A DNA stretch of 43,071 bases from a virus, in the IMG/VR virus record IMGVR_UViG_3300017446_000007, positions 1 to 43,071 of that record; one strand, 5' to 3'. Made by a program: the position numbers and the translations under genes. Shown here in pieces: positions 41,046-43,071 of the stretch. Each line of letters starts with the position of its first letter. The stretch's first letter is position 1. The notes under the pieces were generated by a model. The model made no database searches, had not been told where the DNA came from, and was given only the letters and a program-made list of their open reading frames with translations.

Positions 41046-41989
41046 GGCGCTACCACCTCGGCGAGGATGCCGAGGAAAAGGAATACACATTCGCCGCTGC
41101 TGTCATGGAATACGAGGCATCGCCCGATATGGCAAAGCATCTGATCCCGATCGTCGGCCGTCTTGGCTCCGTACCGGTGAGCAAGATCACGCCGGAACAG
41201 GTCCGCGACCTTGCACGCCAGCTATACCCAAACAACTCTACTGACACTTGGCGTCGGTGGGTCATCACCCCTACTCGCGCCGTCATTAACAAGGCGAACC
41301 AGCTTGGCCGCTGCCCGCCGATCCGCATTGCCGGGTTCACCCAGCGTGAGCGCATCGAGCAGGACAAGCGCCGCGGGACAACGAGCCGGAAGAAGAAAAC
41401 GCCGGGGTCGTGGGATTGGCTGCTGGCGTTCCGAGAGAAGGCTGGTCGATATCATGCCGCCCTCGCCTTCTTCATGTTCGCGACCGGCGCGCGCGTTGGT
41501 CAGGCTGTTACGATGACCCCGAAGCATCTGGACCTTGCCGCCGGCACCGCGACCATCCCCGGCGCTAAGGGGCATGACGATCGTATTGTGCGCCTCCCAC
41601 CCGAGCTGGTGGAGGAACTTAAGGTCCTGCCTCCCAAGCACCCGAAAGATTGGGAGCGAAAACCGAGGAACCTGCGCGTGTTCGGGTTTGCCTCACGAAC
41701 CGGCCCGCTGTCGGGTTGGAAGACGGCTTGCAAGCGCGCTGGTATCGAATACCTCCCTCCCCACTCGTCCGGCCGGCACGGCTTCGGACAGGAGATGCGC
41801 GTCCGCCAAGGCGTCGACACGAAGGCGATCGAAGCCGTGGGCGGTTGGTCCGCGCAGAGCAATCTCATCGACCGCACATACAGCCACGCAGAGGACGCTG
41901 ACGCCAAGATTTTGGAGGCTCTTCGTACAGGACGCGTACAAGCAGAAAAAAGGATTGGACTTAAACCCGCAGAAAAGGTAGAAGAATAG
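40886..41989 (+). CDS. int: Tyrosine integrase
   Basis: 367 aa. GTG lies 7 nt after GGAGG. ATGARVGQ (Arg), HSSGRHGFG (His-x-x-Arg), GGW, RTYSH (Tyr). Confidence 0.85.
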   Translation: MPLEAYPRGKTWWARGKVEYDGLPITGYIRESTGASTEAGAQEWIRTRTTLELRRYHLGEDAEEKEYTFAAAVMEYEASPDMAKHLIPIVGRLGSVPVSKITPEQVRDLARQLYPNNSTDTWRRWVITPTRAVINKANQLGRCPPIRIAGFTQRERIEQDKRRGTTSRKKKTPGSWDWLLAFREKAGRYHAALAFFMFATGARVGQAVTMTPKHLDLAAGTATIPGAKGHDDRIVRLPPELVEELKVLPPKHPKDWERKPRNLRVFGFASRTGPLSGWKTACKRAGIEYLPPHSSGRHGFGQEMRVRQGVDTKAIEAVGGWSAQSNLIDRTYSHAEDADAKILEALRTGRVQAEKRIGLKPAEKVEE

Positions 41990-42002
41990 CTATGTTTGAT
42001 GC

Positions 42003-42052
42003 CTTCCCTCCGAAGGCAGAGGCCACTGGTTCGAATCCAGTCGGGTGCACCA
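42003..42052 (+). other. attP core = 3' half of a tRNA-Arg(CCG) gene
   Basis: Anticodon loop CTCCGAA (42008-42014). T-arm ACTGG-TTCGAAT-CCAGT. Acceptor 3' strand CGGGTGC, then A, then CCA ending at 42052. No 5' half is present. A terminator-like hairpin follows at 42053-42069. Confidence 0.7.
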
Positions 42053-42164
42053 GCTTTTCCGGCAAAAGCACTCCCCGCCCCTGCCAATCCCTGCAAGAAC
42101 ATGCAGGAACATGCGCGCTCAAACCGGGAACGCTCGTTCAAAGCGCGTACAGGCAGGTGTCCGT

Positions 42165-42488
42165 ATGACCCGCCCGACCGCAATGGCGCCTGACGCCTCT
42201 ACGTCTCCCGTCGGACATACGCCGGGGCCGCACAACGTTGATGGTGTGAATAAGACCACCGAAGTTGGCGGTTTCTACCTCGTGTGGGGTGGAGGTGAAC
42301 TCCTCGCGTACGTCGCGAGGCGGGGCGACGCGAAGCTCTATGCCGCCGCGCCTGAGTTGTTGGTCGCGCTGGTGGACGTGGTCGCCGCGCTGGATGCGTC
42401 GCGTGGGAACGGCATCTATCCAGATTTCAAAGCGTGGGAGATTGCCGCCCGCGCCGCCATCGCCAAAGCCTGGGGAGAGGTCGCATGA
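42165..42488 (+). CDS. Ead/Ea22-like protein
   Basis: 107 aa from ATG 42165 (track start 42045 lies inside attP). DAKLYAAAPELLVALVDVV motif. Confidence 0.55.
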   Translation: MTRPTAMAPDASTSPVGHTPGPHNVDGVNKTTEVGGFYLVWGGGELLAYVARRGDAKLYAAAPELLVALVDVVAALDASRGNGIYPDFKAWEIAARAAIAKAWGEVA

Positions 42489-42736
42489 CCTCTCCCCTCG
42501 TAAGCCAGTGGCAGCCGATTGAGACTGCGCCGGGTCCGAGCGACGAGTTTGCATCGTATGGCCCGTTGATCCTTGTGTGGGACGGCAAAAACGTCTCGGC
42601 GGCGAAGAAAGATCGTGGCGGGTATTTTGCCGATCTTGAGAGCGTCGATCGCGATGGTGAGTGGCTGGATATCTGGCCAGCGCCCACCTACTGGATGCCG
42701 CTTCCTCCCGCCCCGGAGGTGTCCCATGTCGGGTAA
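42485..42736 (+). CDS. DUF551-like protein
   Basis: 83 aa. WQPIETAP...YWMPLPPAP pattern. ATGA overlap. Confidence 0.6.
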   Translation: MTSPLVSQWQPIETAPGPSDEFASYGPLILVWDGKNVSAAKKDRGGYFADLESVDRDGEWLDIWPAPTYWMPLPPAPEVSHVG

Positions 42737-43013
42737 CTCTCCCCTCGACCAAGATGAAGGCGGCACGGTTGCGCTGACTGAGGTGTACCCGAACTTACGC
42801 GTCCCGGTGCCGGGTGCTGGCGAATGGCTGGACTTCTTCGTCGCCCCCAAGAAGTCGAGGGCCAGCCTCTACTGGCGGCTGAGCGATGGCGAGCGCAGTG
42901 ACCCAGAAACGGTCGAGTTTGGCTTCATCTCGTCGCACAAAACCGTCGCCGACGCAGCCGCAAAGCAGACTTGGCTTGAGCGGTCGGCGCATATGTTGGG
43001 ACTGCCCACATGA
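42726..43013 (+). CDS. Hypothetical early protein (spans the circular junction)
   Basis: 95 aa from ATG 42726. The stop overlaps the dam ATG (ATGA). The 3' end is duplicated at 1-65. Confidence 0.55.
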   Translation: MSGNSPLDQDEGGTVALTEVYPNLRVPVPGAGEWLDFFVAPKKSRASLYWRLSDGERSDPETVEFGFISSHKTVADAAAKQTWLERSAHMLGLPT

Positions 43014-43071
43014 GTGCGTGGGAAGCGCCCGGCGTTACTGATGAGTGGTACACGCCACCGGCTGTGTTTGC
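42949..43071 (+). repeat. Terminal direct repeat copy 2
   Basis: Identical to 1-123. Confidence 0.95.

Larger units (their letters stand above)
1..43071. mobile_element. Complete temperate phage genome (circularly closed contig, unique length 42,948 bp) with P22-like tail/ejection gene order
   Basis: 1-123 identical to 42949-43071. Integrase+attP, cI/cro switch, replication, terminase, portal, capsid, tail, tailspike and lysis modules are all present, with no obvious host genes. Confidence 0.85.

Noticed and set aside
41990-42052. A complete tRNA gene after int
   Set aside because: Only the anticodon arm through CCA is present. The matching 5' acceptor strand (GCACCCG) and the D-arm are absent, so it is an attP fragment and not a functional tRNA.
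42045-42164. Upstream start of ORF 42045-42488
   Set aside because: It would begin inside the tRNA-derived attP core. ATG 42165 gives a protein that starts after the attachment site.
1-43071. CRISPR arrays, rRNA genes and transposase/IS elements
   Set aside because: I saw no spaced direct-repeat arrays, no rRNA-like segments and no transposase-like ORFs on either strand.

Overview
The window is a complete, circularly closed genome of a high-GC temperate phage. Bases 1-123 are identical to 42949-43071, so the unique length is 42,948 bp. GC content was judged by eye, not computed. A GapR/DUF2312 gene and an attP made from the 3' half of a tRNA-Arg(CCG) suggest an alphaproteobacterial host; this is inference.

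Layout: a cI/cro-type switch at 34.8-36.1 kb uses five copies of one 16-bp operator and fires two divergent transcription units.
- Plus-strand unit: cI, a Rap1a/Tai4-like periplasmic protein, small early genes, an ERF/YqaJ/DUF968/NinB recombination set, xis-like gene, int and attP. It then crosses the circular junction into Dam, Lar and about 20 small unknown genes, ending at 6138.
- Minus-strand unit: cro-like gene, HTH regulator, GapR, RusA, an iteron-bearing replication initiator, small and large terminase (the large one in two ORFs) and portal. A 4-kb accessory island follows (GroES-like, secreted proteins, SGNH esterase, DUF1996), then scaffold, capsid, P22 gp4/gp10/gp26/gp14/gp7/gp20/gp16-like tail and ejection genes, beta-helix tailspike and a lysis cassette ending near 6664.

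The genome is almost gapless. About 40 gene junctions are ATGA/GTGA/TTGA overlaps, and most apparent gaps are filled by coupled micro-ORFs below the 60-aa track cutoff.

Most notable observations:
- the envelope-targeted accessory island inside the head module
- a strand-specific 9-mer, GCCTAGTAT, placed ahead of each late gene block
- a repressor-linked T6SS-immunity-like gene
- an RHH cassette with its own promoter, bracketed by 18-bp direct repeats (immI-like)
- conserved gene-junction repeats
- a large terminase split into two ORFs

All family calls come from motif recognition by eye. No database search was run.
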